Below, piece after piece: positions 10,164 through 19,289 of a stretch of DNA of 64,000 nucleotides. The stretch comes from Phycisphaerae bacterium. GTDB taxonomy: Bacteria; Planctomycetota; Phycisphaerae; UBA1845. The stretch spans positions 41,679 through 105,678 of the forward strand of contig JANQQK010000086.1 of assembly GCA_028289375.1 (NCBI GenBank). Direction: 5' to 3'. Below the pieces are notes generated by a model. It was not told the origin of the DNA and ran no database searches. It saw only the letters and a program-made list of their open reading frames with translations. A program made the position numbers and the translations under genes. Each line of letters starts with the position of its first letter. Within the stretch, counting starts at the first letter, position 1.

Positions 10164-11282
10164 TCAGCGCTCAGCGATCGGGGCGACCGGCCTTGATGGT
10201 TCGCCGATGTACTTGCTCAGCGGGCGAATCAGGCGGTTGTGGGTCGCTTGCTCAATGAAATGTGCGGCCCACCCAGTGACGCGGCTGCAAACGAACAGCG
10301 GGGTGTACATGTCGATGGGCAGGTCGAGCAGGTAGTATGTCAGGCCACAGGGGTAGTCCACATTTGGGAAGATTTTCTTCTCTTCAACCATTGGCTTCTT
10401 GATGGCATCGTAGATGGCCATCCATTTTTGCTGGCCCTTCTCTTCTGCAAGTTTGCGCAGCTCGGCTTCGAGGATATGCGCTCGGTGGTCGCCATTCTTG
10501 TAGACACGGTGGCCGAATCCCATGACCTTTTCTTTCTTGGCGAAGCGCTCGTGGATCCAGGCGTCGGCCTGCTCTGGGGTGGTAAATTGGGAAAGCATTT
10601 CCATGGCGGCTTCGTTCGCTCCACCGTGCAATGGCCCTTTGAGTGTGCCAATGCCGGTGACGACGCCTGAGACCATGTCGGACATGGTGGAGGCGACGAT
10701 GCGGGTGGCGAAGGTGCTGGCGTTGTACTCATGCTCGGCGTAGAGGATAAGCGTGAGGTCGAGCAGTCGTGCGGCTGTCGGGCTTGGTTTCTCACCGAGG
10801 CACTGGTAGAGGATCTGTTCCGAGTGGTTCAGCCCGGGCAGCGGATCGACCGTATCCTTTTGATTGATAAGACGATAGCGAGCAGCGACGATGCCCGCGC
10901 AGGTGGCCATCAGCCACATCGCACGTCGACGAAGGTCGTCGACCGATTCGCCTTTGACGGGATCGAAGTGGCCTGCCATCGAGACGCCGGTGCGGAGCAC
11001 GTCCATCATGTTGACGTCGGTGGGGATCTTGCGGAGCGTGTCGATCACGGCGTCGGGCAGATGACGAAACTGGGCCAAGCTCTCGTTGAACATTGAGAGT
11101 TGCTGTGCGTTTGGGAGGTCGCCGTAGAGGAGAAGGTGGGCGACTTCTTCGAACGTGGTGTTGTTGGCGAGATCAGCGATGTTATAGCCGCGATAGCAGA
11201 GGCTTTGCTGTTCGACGGCGGCGATGGCGGTTTCGCCTGCGATGACGCCCTCGAGGCCTGGCTTGAAGATGGTTTCCGTCAT
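10164..11282 (-). CDS. prpC: 2-methylcitrate synthase / citrate synthase
   Basis: GLEGVIAGET, EHEYNAST, LKGPLHGGANE, MGFGHRVY, PNVD; clustered with prpB and prpD. Confidence 0.9.
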   Translation of the reverse strand: MTETIFKPGLEGVIAGETAIAAVEQQSLCYRGYNIADLANNTTFEEVAHLLLYGDLPNAQQLSMFNESLAQFRHLPDAVIDTLRKIPTDVNMMDVLRTGVSMAGHFDPVKGESVDDLRRRAMWLMATCAGIVAARYRLINQKDTVDPLPGLNHSEQILYQCLGEKPSPTAARLLDLTLILYAEHEYNASTFATRIVASTMSDMVSGVVTGIGTLKGPLHGGANEAAMEMLSQFTTPEQADAWIHERFAKKEKVMGFGHRVYKNGDHRAHILEAELRKLAEEKGQQKWMAIYDAIKKPMVEEKKIFPNVDYPCGLTYYLLDLPIDMYTPLFVCSRVTGWAAHFIEQATHNRLIRPLSKYIGEPSRPVAPIAER

Positions 11283-11298
11283 GGTGTGGGACCTCCGG

Positions 11299-12171
11299 TT
11301 AGCTTGTTTTCGGAGGTACTTTCATATCGTATCCGAGCAGATCGTACAACTCCTGGCGGGTTTGCATGCGGTCGACGGTGGCTTTCTGGGATCGGTCGGT
11401 CTTGATGGTGCGGAGGGCATCGCGCATGGCGTACATGGCGATGCGTTGCAGTGTTACGGGGAAGATGACAAGGTTGTAGCCCATGTCGGTGAACTGTTCG
11501 ACCGTGTAATAGGGGGTCTTGCCGAATTCGGTCATGTTGGCCAGCAGCAGGGTGTCGACGTCCTTGGCGAATCGGCGGAGTTCTTCCTCGCCGGTGAGGG
11601 CTTCGGGGAAGATGGCATCGGCGCCGGCGGCGACGTAGCGGTTGGCGCGTTCGACGGCGTCATCGTAGCCCGTGACGCCTCGTGCGTCGGTGCGGGCGAT
11701 GATCATAAAGTCTTTGCTGGCCTTGGCTTGTGCGGCTGATTGGATCTTAATGCAGAATTCGTCGGTGGGGACGAGCTTCTTGCCGTCGAGGTGGCCACAG
11801 CGTTTGGGGAATTCCTGATCTTCGAGGTGGATGCCGCTGAGGCCTGCGTGTTCGAGCTCGCGGACGGTTCTGGCGGCGTTGTCGGCGCCGCCGAAGCCGG
11901 TGTCGGCGTCGGCGATGATGGGGAGGGTGGTGACGTTGGCGACGGCGGCGGCGTGGTTTCTGACTTCGGTGAGGGTGGTGATGCCGATGTCGGGGACGCC
12001 GTGGACGCTGTTGGCCATGACGGCGCCGGAGAGGTAGATGGCTTCGAAGCCTTCGTCCTCGATGAGCCGTCCTGAGAGGGCGTTGATGGCGCCGGGCAGG
12101 GCGACGGTGTGGTCGGCGAGGAGTTGGCGGAGTTTTCGTGATCGGTCAGCGGATGGGGGTGGGGTTGTCAT
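11299..12171 (-). CDS. prpB: Methylisocitrate lyase
   Basis: DADTGFG, HLEDQ, KRCGHL, ARTDA, LANMTEFGKT; start set at ATG 12171. Confidence 0.93.
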   Translation of the reverse strand: MTTPPPSADRSRKLRQLLADHTVALPGAINALSGRLIEDEGFEAIYLSGAVMANSVHGVPDIGITTLTEVRNHAAAVANVTTLPIIADADTGFGGADNAARTVRELEHAGLSGIHLEDQEFPKRCGHLDGKKLVPTDEFCIKIQSAAQAKASKDFMIIARTDARGVTGYDDAVERANRYVAAGADAIFPEALTGEEELRRFAKDVDTLLLANMTEFGKTPYYTVEQFTDMGYNLVIFPVTLQRIAMYAMRDALRTIKTDRSQKATVDRMQTRQELYDLLGYDMKVPPKTS

Positions 12172-12302
12172 GGGTGTCCTTTGGGGCTCGGAGTTTCGTG
12201 GTTGTCGTGCGATCATTATTTTGGACAACGGCGGGGAGTTATCAAGGGCAGCGGATTAGGTTCGACGTTTGATGCATCCGTCTCCGTCTCACACTACGAA
12301 TC

Positions 12303-12332
12303 GTCATGTTCGCTTCGCTTAACCTGACCTAC
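12303..12332 (-). repeat. GTAG-type REP-like palindrome (second family)
   Basis: Minus strand GTAG-GTCAGGTT-AAGCGAAGCG-AACATGAC: GTAG foot plus imperfect hairpin, intergenic; single copy in the window. Confidence 0.5.
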
Positions 12333-12341
12333 GGTTCTGAT

Positions 12342-13145
12342 TTACGGGTTGGTTTGTTTTGGGGTTGCCTTGATGGTCCAGATTGTGGCGAGGGTGATGG
12401 TGGCGATGCGGGTGAGGTTGATGGGCCAGCCACCGCCGCCGGCGCCGCCTGATGCTCCGGCGAGGAGCCAGGCGAAGTTCATGCCGGCGTGAAAGATGAT
12501 GGGGACGAAGAGGGTCTGCCAGCGGAGCATGAGCCAGGCGTACCAGAGGCCGCCGAAGAATGTGACGAGGAAATTGGGCAAGCCGTTGGCGATGCCTTCG
12601 GCGGTCCACGGTACGTGAGCAAAACCAAAGAGGGTGGCGGCGGCGAAAGCGGTAAGGATGATGGTGAGGCGGTCGCGGATGACGGCGGCGGGGATGGCAA
12701 CAAGGAGGGCGCGGAACAGGAGTTCCTCCATCAGGGGCGCGCGGATGGAACCACCGATGAAGGAATCGCGGAATGCGGTCCAGTTGATGCCTTTTTCAAG
12801 GTGAGACAGGCCTATGACGAGGCCGGCGATGATCATGGGGGCCAATGCGATGAGCGACGTGGGGAGCCAGCCGGGGTAGCCGGTTTTGATGAGCAGTGAA
12901 TCGATCGGGCGCATCTTGTGGCGATAGGCGATGATGATGGCGGGGATGATTGCGCCGGCGGTGTAGATGAGCAGGCTGTCGAAGTTGCGGATGCTCTTGG
13001 GGATGCCCAGGCTGGCCATCCAAATGTGAAACGACTTGATGGTGGCCCACTCACCTCGGTAGCGCGTGGCGAAGAAGGCGATGAGGCCGATCGACCAGCA
13101 GATGGCGAGGGTTTCGAATCTGCGCTGTCGTGGTTGCGTGGTCAT
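12342..13145 (-). CDS. CPBP (CAAX/Abi) family intramembrane metalloprotease
   Basis: EELLFR, FGFAH and HAGMN motifs; multiple TM helices. Confidence 0.88.
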   Translation of the reverse strand: MTTQPRQRRFETLAICWSIGLIAFFATRYRGEWATIKSFHIWMASLGIPKSIRNFDSLLIYTAGAIIPAIIIAYRHKMRPIDSLLIKTGYPGWLPTSLIALAPMIIAGLVIGLSHLEKGINWTAFRDSFIGGSIRAPLMEELLFRALLVAIPAAVIRDRLTIILTAFAAATLFGFAHVPWTAEGIANGLPNFLVTFFGGLWYAWLMLRWQTLFVPIIFHAGMNFAWLLAGASGGAGGGGWPINLTRIATITLATIWTIKATPKQTNP

Positions 13146-13546
13146 TCTGCAGACTCAGTGTCGCGGAGTTCGCCGCATCGCCAACATTGGTCGAATTGGC
13201 CTTCGATGGTTTCGCCGCAGGTGGTGCAGTGCCAGGGTGTGGCACTACGGAACTCGGTGCCGCATTCGGGGCAACGAGGCTCTTCGGTTGCACGAAGATC
13301 GTAACCGCAGTTGGAGCATTGGTCCGGATCGAAGCGGCGTTCGTGTTCTTCGATCAATGTGCGGGCGCGTTCGACGTCCTCTTCGGCCACGTGGACGGAG
13401 GGGGCGGACTCGGTGGTGAATGGGAGTTCACCACGAGCGCCCCATAGCGTTTCGCCCTGGATGACGGCTTGAATGCCGTGGTTCTCGAGCATGCCCCGGA
13501 CGAGGTGAACCTGGGTCGGGTTCGCGGCTGTGTAGACCTTGACCAT
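13142..13546 (-). CDS. DUF2007-like signal-transducing domain + zinc ribbons
   Basis: VYTAANPTQVHLVRGMLENHGI...VAEEDVERAR, then CSNCGYDLR...CPECG and WHCTTCGE...FDQCWRCG. Confidence 0.8.
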   Translation of the reverse strand: MVKVYTAANPTQVHLVRGMLENHGIQAVIQGETLWGARGELPFTTESAPSVHVAEEDVERARTLIEEHERRFDPDQCSNCGYDLRATEEPRCPECGTEFRSATPWHCTTCGETIEGQFDQCWRCGELRDTESAE

Positions 13547-13589
13547 GCTCCTCGCCTTGCCGCTTCGTCCGGGATTACTCGTCTTGCCG

Positions 13590-14948
13590 CTATTCGCCGC
13601 CCACTACTTTGAAGTCAGTCACGACCGAGAGATCGTCGAGCTTGTCGAGATCCCAGAGGATCTTGAGCATGCGGTCGGCTTCACCATCTGCGAGGACACC
13701 ATCGGCGAGGCGATTGAATTTGGCGACCACTTCGTCGTCGGTCATGGGGTTGTGGGCGTGGCCTCGGGGGTAGTCGACGCGCTTCTCGAACGTGCTGCCA
13801 TCGGTGCAGGTGACGATGAGGTGGTTCGGGATGCCCTTGGGATAGTTGCTGTTGCAGTCGTCGTCTTCGACGATTTCGGTCTTGTCCATCAGGTCGAGAA
13901 TCTTGGGGTCCTTGAGCTTATGGTCGTCGAAGGAGCGAAGGGTGACGTCGCCGTCGAGGAATGCGACGGCGGTGCAGTAGGCCATCGAGTGGTCGGCGGT
14001 TTCGCGCGACGTTGGGCGCCACTTTTCAGGTTCGGAGCCGATGATGCTGACGGCGGCTTCGAAGCTCTTGATTTCGAGGGAGGCGATTTCCTTGTCGCCG
14101 ATTTCAGGGCGAAGGGCGAGGATGGCTTCGATGGATGACTGCGAGTGGTACTCGGCAGGCCAGAATTTGATGTAAGTCTTGTTGATCATGTAGTCGCCGG
14201 CGGACCCGAGGGTGAGTTCGAAGGGGCCGGTGAGTTGGTTGAAGACGCCCTTGGGGCCTTCGAAGATTTCGTTGGGCCCTGTCATGCCGCGGCGGGCGAG
14301 GTCTGCGGCGAAGACGCCGTTGCGGGCGGCGTTGGAGAAGGCGCATGCTTTCCAGTCGGAGATTTGGCCGGTGCGGGTCTGGCGAGTGGCGATGTTGCAG
14401 ACGCCGGCGAGTCCCAGGGCGTGTTCGATCTGATCTTCGTTGAGACCCCAAAGTTTGGCTGCGGCGACGGCGCTGGAGAGGGCGCCGTAGTAGACGTGAT
14501 CCCAGCCATGGGCGCGTAGGCTTGCGGCGTCGCAGGCGCGACACTGGAATTCGTAAGCGATGACGGCGGCGAGGATGGCGTCTTTGCCCGATTTGCCGGC
14601 GGCTTGCGAGACGGCGAGGACAGCTGCGAGGTTGTCCGATGGGTGGGCCGGTTCCTTGGAGAGGTAGGTGTCGTTGTAGTCGAGGTAGCGGAAGGCCGCG
14701 CCGTTGGCGAAGGCGGCAAGTTCGGGGTTGGTGCTGTGCTTGGTGCCGAGGATGCGGCCTGCGTTGGTGTCGTTGACGGACATGGCTTTGGCGCGGGCGA
14801 TCTTGACGGGATTGGCGTTGTAGGCGCCGAGTGCGCATCCGATGGAATCGATGACGCGGCGTTTGACTTCGTGGATGGCGTTGTCATCAAGATTGTCGTA
14901 TGTGAGGTTGTTTGCCCATTGAGCGATTTTGCGTGCGAGTGTGGCCAT
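13590..14948 (-). CDS. prpD: 2-methylcitrate dehydratase (MmgE/PrpD)
   Basis: RYLDYNDTY...AHPSDN, GWDH, ETADHS; likely start ATG 14948 (SD AAGGAAGGA). The ORF-track extension reads through REPs. Confidence 0.93.
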   Translation of the reverse strand: MATLARKIAQWANNLTYDNLDDNAIHEVKRRVIDSIGCALGAYNANPVKIARAKAMSVNDTNAGRILGTKHSTNPELAAFANGAAFRYLDYNDTYLSKEPAHPSDNLAAVLAVSQAAGKSGKDAILAAVIAYEFQCRACDAASLRAHGWDHVYYGALSSAVAAAKLWGLNEDQIEHALGLAGVCNIATRQTRTGQISDWKACAFSNAARNGVFAADLARRGMTGPNEIFEGPKGVFNQLTGPFELTLGSAGDYMINKTYIKFWPAEYHSQSSIEAILALRPEIGDKEIASLEIKSFEAAVSIIGSEPEKWRPTSRETADHSMAYCTAVAFLDGDVTLRSFDDHKLKDPKILDLMDKTEIVEDDDCNSNYPKGIPNHLIVTCTDGSTFEKRVDYPRGHAHNPMTDDEVVAKFNRLADGVLADGEADRMLKILWDLDKLDDLSVVTDFKVVGGE

Positions 14949-14974
14949 GGTGTGTCTGCGTCCTTCCTTGCTAT

Positions 14975-15085
14975 GGTGGGCAGTGCCCACGCTTCGTTGG
15001 TGTCGCTTCGTCTTGTAGGGTGGGCATTGCCCACCACTTCGATAGCACGTGATTCTTGTCCATTGATGGGCAGTGCCCACCCTAC
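14975..15085. repeat. REP cluster (3 copies) including an inverted REP doublet (REPIN-like)
   Basis: 14975-14995 degenerate copy (-), 15015-15035 GTAGGGTGGGCATTGCCCACC (+), 15065-15085 GATGGGCAGTGCCCACCCTAC (-); flanks the RAYT 3' end. Confidence 0.9.
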
Positions 15086-15099
15086 GTTTGCTGCCCTTC

Positions 15100-15693
15100 C
15101 TACTCTCCCGTGTTGTCTTCAATGGTTTTAAAGTTCGGCGGTTGCGGGCGCCGGTCATCGCATGAGCAGCACCACGTTGGTTCGTACGCCCCGGACTCGA
15201 CCCAGCGACGAAAGCTGGAATGTGGCCAAGAATGCGGACAAGCCGATACGCCGTGCTTTACGGGATTGAAGTGAATGTAATCGAGGTGCGCCTGAAAGTC
15301 ACGGTCGTCGCGGATGGTGTGTTCCCAGAAGCGGCGTTGCCAGACTCCGGCTTCCCGGTGTTTTGCCCGTGACGGCGTAGGGTGGGCACCGCCCACCTCT
15401 TGCTCCATAGATTGGGCATGTCCCGAGAGCGATTTCGTAAACCGTGCCTTAATCCGCCCAATCCGTTTGGAGAAGTCCGCGTCGCCGTCGGGAAGTGCCA
15501 TGAGCATGTGCAGGTGGTCCGGAAGGACGACGGCTGCGGGGAGATCAAATGGCATGTCCACTTTGACGAACCGGATGGATTGGCGGAGGTGGGCCACGTT
15601 GTCGGTGTCTTGAAATAGTGGTCGACGGTTGTGCGTCACGAGGGTGATGAAGAAAGTGCCGCCGGGGACGAATGCGCGTCGGTATTCGGGCAT
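15100..15693 (-). mobile_element. rayT: REP-associated tyrosine transposase (RAYT, HUH/Y1 family)
   Basis: GGTFFITLVT, HUH motif VVLPDHLH, WQRRFWEHTIRD, catalytic DYIHFNPVKHG, WPHSS; flanked by GTAG REPs. Confidence 0.95.
15377..15397 (+). repeat. REP copy inside the RAYT coding sequence
   Basis: GTAGGGTGGGCACCGCCCACC; reads as VGGAHPT in the RAYT frame. Confidence 0.9.
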
Positions 15694-15708
15694 GGTGTTT
15701 GCCAGATC

Positions 15709-15729
15709 GGTGGGCGGTGCCCACCCTAC
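15709..15729 (-). repeat. REP upstream of RAYT
   Basis: GGTGGGCGGTGCCCACCCTAC, the exact reverse complement of the internal REP. Confidence 0.92.
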
Positions 15730-15804
15730 GGTTGTTGTTCGCCACCTCCAACTGATTCGAGCAGCTGCGTCCTTCCTTACCTGTTCTGATGCAAATGACT
15801 CGTT

Positions 15805-17871
15805 CTAGTTGGTTGGAATATTGTCTTGATCGTTGCTGCCAACTGATTCAAGCAGCAATTCGGCGATGTCGAGTTGTTCGACGTCGGTGCGTTCTTTGTT
15901 GCCCAAGCCGTCGGTGAGCATGCGCATGCAGAAGGGGCAGGCGCTGGTGATGGCGTTGGCACCGGTTTGGAGGAGTTGGTCGGTGCGAACGTCGTTGACG
16001 CGGGCGTCGCCGGGTTCGTCCTCCTTGAACATCTGCGCGCCGCCGGCGCCGCAGCACATGCCGCGATCGCGCGTTTCGGCTGGCTCGGAGAGTTTGATGC
16101 CCGGGATGGCGCGGAGCACGTCGCGCGGGGCATCGTAGATTTCGTTGTAGCGGCCGAGGTAGCAGGAGTCGTGGTAGGTCACGGACTTGTCGACCGACTT
16201 GGTCGGTTTGAGTTTGCCGTCACGGACGAGTTGGGCGAGCAGGTCGGTGTGGTGGATCACTTCGAACTTGCCGCCGAAGTCGCCGTATTCGTTGAGCAGC
16301 GTATTGAAGCAGTGCGGGCATGTGGTGATGATCTTCTTGACGCTGTAGCCATTGAGCGTTTCGCAGTTTTGCTCAGCCAGCATCTGGAAAAGGAATTCGT
16401 TGCCGGCGCGTCGGGCCGGGTCGCCGGTGCAGCATTCTTCGGGGCCGAGGATGGCGAAGTCGACGCCGGCTTGGAGCATGAGTTCTGCGGTGGCGCGGGT
16501 GGTCTTCTTGGCGCGGTCGTCGTAGGACGGGGCGCAGCCGACCCAGAAGAGGTATTCAACGTCTTGTTTCTCGCTGATGAGGGGAATGTCGAGGCCGTCG
16601 GCCCAGTTGGCACGTTCGTCGGGAGAGAAGCCCCACGGGTTCATGGATGTTTCGATCGAGCGGAAGGCGGTTTGCAATTCGTTGGGGAACTCGCCGCGTT
16701 CCTGCACGAGGTAGCGACGCATGTCGACGATCTTATCAACGTAGGTGATGAAGACGGGGCACTCCTGTTCACATGCGCGGCAGGAGGTGCAGGCCCAGAG
16801 AACTTCGGGGTCGATGACGCCGTCGACGAGGTCCTTCTGATGTTCGGCTTCGGAAGCGTCTGCGTTTTCGCCGTCGCCGTTGGTGCCGTTCTTGTTGGTG
16901 CGGAGGGCGTCGTCGTGTTGGTAGAGGAAGTTGCGGAGATCGACGGTGAAATGCTTGGGTGAGAGTTTCTTGCCGGTGTTGGTGGCGGGGCAGTGGTCGC
17001 TGCATCGGCCACACTCGGTGCAGGTGTAGAAGTCGAGGACGTTCTTCCATGAGAACTGGTCGATCTTCTTGATGCCGAGGGTCTCCTCGCGTTCGACCCT
17101 CCCTTCGATGTCGTCGATGGGGGCGAGTCGGCCAACGGGTTCCTGTTTGGCGAGGAAGACGTTGGGGACGGCGGTGATGATGTGGAAGTGTTTTGAATAG
17201 GGAAGGATGTTGAGGAATATGAGGACGAGGGCGACGTGGATCCAGAAGCCGGCGTGGGCGAAGAACTTCAGTGCACCATCGCCCATGCCCTGCATTACCA
17301 GGGCAGCGGTCGACCCGACAGGTTCCCAGCCGTGGAACGCGACGGCGGTGCCGGCTTCGCGGGCTTTGATGTTGAGCCAGGCACCATCGTATACGATGTC
17401 ACCGATCATCATGGAGAGGATGATGCCAAGAATGATGACGCCTTCGATCTTGAGGGTCATACGTGGCAGTTTGGCAACGACGCGGTAATAGACGAAAACT
17501 AGAGCGCCTAGGATGACGAGGACAACGAAGATGTCCTTGAGCAATGCGTAGATGTCGCCAAGCCAAGTGCCGGAGTGAAAGAAGAAGAGGCTTGAATCGG
17601 CGTCGAAACCGCGGCCAAACAGGATCAGGGAGCGGAGCAGGAGGACGACGAAGCCGAGGAAGATGAAGTTGTGGGCGACGCCGGCGAGCCAATAGCGGCG
17701 CATGCGTTCCTGGGCGAAGGCGAAGCGGTACGTGGCGCGGAGGCGATCGGCTATCTTATCCCATTTGAGGTCGTTCGGGCCGAGGGTCATCAAATGCCAA
17801 CGCCGATTGGCGGACCAGGCAAATAGTCCGACCAGCCCGACCAACAATGCCGCCATCACGAAAGGATTCAC
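15805..17871 (-). CDS. Membrane-bound Fe-S oxidoreductase (FadF/HdrD/GlpC-like, CCG domains)
   Basis: N-terminal TM cytochrome b-like region (SKHFH), CTECGRC...CP, CTSCRAC...CP, ECCTGD, CPHC, HDSC, CCGAGG, CPFC. Confidence 0.92.
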   Translation of the reverse strand: MNPFVMAALLVGLVGLFAWSANRRWHLMTLGPNDLKWDKIADRLRATYRFAFAQERMRRYWLAGVAHNFIFLGFVVLLLRSLILFGRGFDADSSLFFFHSGTWLGDIYALLKDIFVVLVILGALVFVYYRVVAKLPRMTLKIEGVIILGIILSMMIGDIVYDGAWLNIKAREAGTAVAFHGWEPVGSTAALVMQGMGDGALKFFAHAGFWIHVALVLIFLNILPYSKHFHIITAVPNVFLAKQEPVGRLAPIDDIEGRVEREETLGIKKIDQFSWKNVLDFYTCTECGRCSDHCPATNTGKKLSPKHFTVDLRNFLYQHDDALRTNKNGTNGDGENADASEAEHQKDLVDGVIDPEVLWACTSCRACEQECPVFITYVDKIVDMRRYLVQERGEFPNELQTAFRSIETSMNPWGFSPDERANWADGLDIPLISEKQDVEYLFWVGCAPSYDDRAKKTTRATAELMLQAGVDFAILGPEECCTGDPARRAGNEFLFQMLAEQNCETLNGYSVKKIITTCPHCFNTLLNEYGDFGGKFEVIHHTDLLAQLVRDGKLKPTKSVDKSVTYHDSCYLGRYNEIYDAPRDVLRAIPGIKLSEPAETRDRGMCCGAGGAQMFKEDEPGDARVNDVRTDQLLQTGANAITSACPFCMRMLTDGLGNKERTDVEQLDIAELLLESVGSNDQDNIPTN

Positions 17872-17894
17872 AACCCACGCCCTTCCCGGCTGCT

Positions 17895-18188
17895 CTATCG
17901 CAGCGTGTCATCGTCATCTTCGTCGTCGTACCCGAGTTTCCAGCGGTCGGCTTCGTCGATGTCGTCGATCTCGCGTTCCATGTGCCGCATCATCTTCTCC
18001 TGCAGCGGAGCGAGTCGGCGGTACATGGCCAGCGTCTTCTCATAACTGTTCTTGAGCGACTGGAGGTCGTGCAGCATCCACTTGTGCAGACACTCCGGCT
18101 CTTTGATGTTCGTGTATGGATCGCATCGCAAATGGGCGGACCCATCGGGCAGTCGATGAAAGAACTCACAGTCGCTGCACTGGATCAC
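17895..18188 (-). CDS. Small hypothetical protein with Cys motifs and acidic tail
   Basis: CSDC...CDPY...KEPEC, coiled-coil-like middle, D/E-rich C-terminus; fits the intergenic space. Confidence 0.65.
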   Translation of the reverse strand: MIQCSDCEFFHRLPDGSAHLRCDPYTNIKEPECLHKWMLHDLQSLKNSYEKTLAMYRRLAPLQEKMMRHMEREIDDIDEADRWKLGYDDEDDDDTLR

Positions 18189-18276
18189 GGGAACGCCTCC
18201 ACTTGGCGAAACGCGCCATACGTCGATACGGATTCAGGATATAGGCGGGCTGTGGTTATGCCAAGGCGAGGCGGGG

Positions 18277-18834
18277 TCAGGGCTGTGGTTGAGCGGGCGG
18301 TTCGATGACGGCGCGGATCTCGCGAAGGATGCTGCGTTCGAGTGCACGATCGCGGCGAACACGGGTCCAGATGTCGTTTTGCGCGGTTGTGTACGCCGCA
18401 TCGCGCTCGGCGGCGGTGCGGGTTGGCTGATCATACGCGCCGCGGTTGCGGTTGAGCGTGTGAACGCCTTGCGTTTCGTTCTTTTCGATCACAACCTGGC
18501 AGAGGACATACACTTCGGCGCCATCGGATTGCACGCGGAGTTCACCGCGTCGTCTGAGTTGGAACCTGTTTTCTGCATCGAGCGGACGCGTGATCTCGTT
18601 CCCGCGGCTGTCGACTTGGATGGGTGTGGGTCGTGTACGGATGAGGCCTGCGATGGAATCACGGGTCTGAAGCTGGCCAACTCGGGTCATGGATTGGGCT
18701 GCTGCGTCGAAGACGACACGGAATTCCGCGTTGTGAAACAGCTCGCGCTGAAAGCGGTCGGTCTTGGCTTCGGGGGTGGCACAGCCGACAGCGGTCAGGG
18801 CGACGAGTGAAACGAGGCTTGTGAACATTCGCAT
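18277..18834 (-). CDS. Putative lipoprotein
   Basis: Signal peptide with lipobox LTAVG-C. Confidence 0.7.
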   Translation of the reverse strand: MRMFTSLVSLVALTAVGCATPEAKTDRFQRELFHNAEFRVVFDAAAQSMTRVGQLQTRDSIAGLIRTRPTPIQVDSRGNEITRPLDAENRFQLRRRGELRVQSDGAEVYVLCQVVIEKNETQGVHTLNRNRGAYDQPTRTAAERDAAYTTAQNDIWTRVRRDRALERSILREIRAVIEPPAQPQP

Positions 18835-19289
18835 ACGTGTATTATTGCGTGGCGGGGTGGTGCGGCAAGTGTTGCAGGTGGGGGGAGCAGAATACGCATG
18901 GCGGCATGGGACGCCGAAGGTGTCGATCTGGTAAAACGCGCATCATTTGCCTGATTATGTCGAATGTCGGATCAGCGTAAGGTCCGGGTACTAGAATGTG
19001 ATGGGAAGCGGGTTCTTGCGTCTGAATGGTGATGGGGGGCCAGCCGATAGAGGAATAGGCTTGCTGTGGGTGGCTGCGCGTTTCTTGCTGGGGTTTTCCG
19101 GCAGTGATAGAATCGTGGCAGTCCGAAGATACAGCGATTGGCGATTTGACGTGGAATGACGGGCTGCCGCGTGCGCCGAAGAACGCTGCCTGCGGGCGGC
19201 AATGGGTTTGAGCGTTTGGCGTAATGTTATGCGCATCGGAAAGTTAGCAGAGGGGCCGGCCTATCGGTCTCCAGGGAGAAGATCAGGCA

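Noticed and set aside
14949-15158. 70-aa N-terminal extension of PrpD in the ORF track
   Set aside because: It is open-frame read-through across the REP cluster (VGTAH repeats); a good SD precedes ATG 14948.
14975-15729. Possible CRISPR array (recurrent ~21-nt palindromic repeats)
   Set aside because: Copies alternate in orientation, are irregularly spaced, carry a GTAG foot and flank a RAYT; no cas genes are present. They are REPs.
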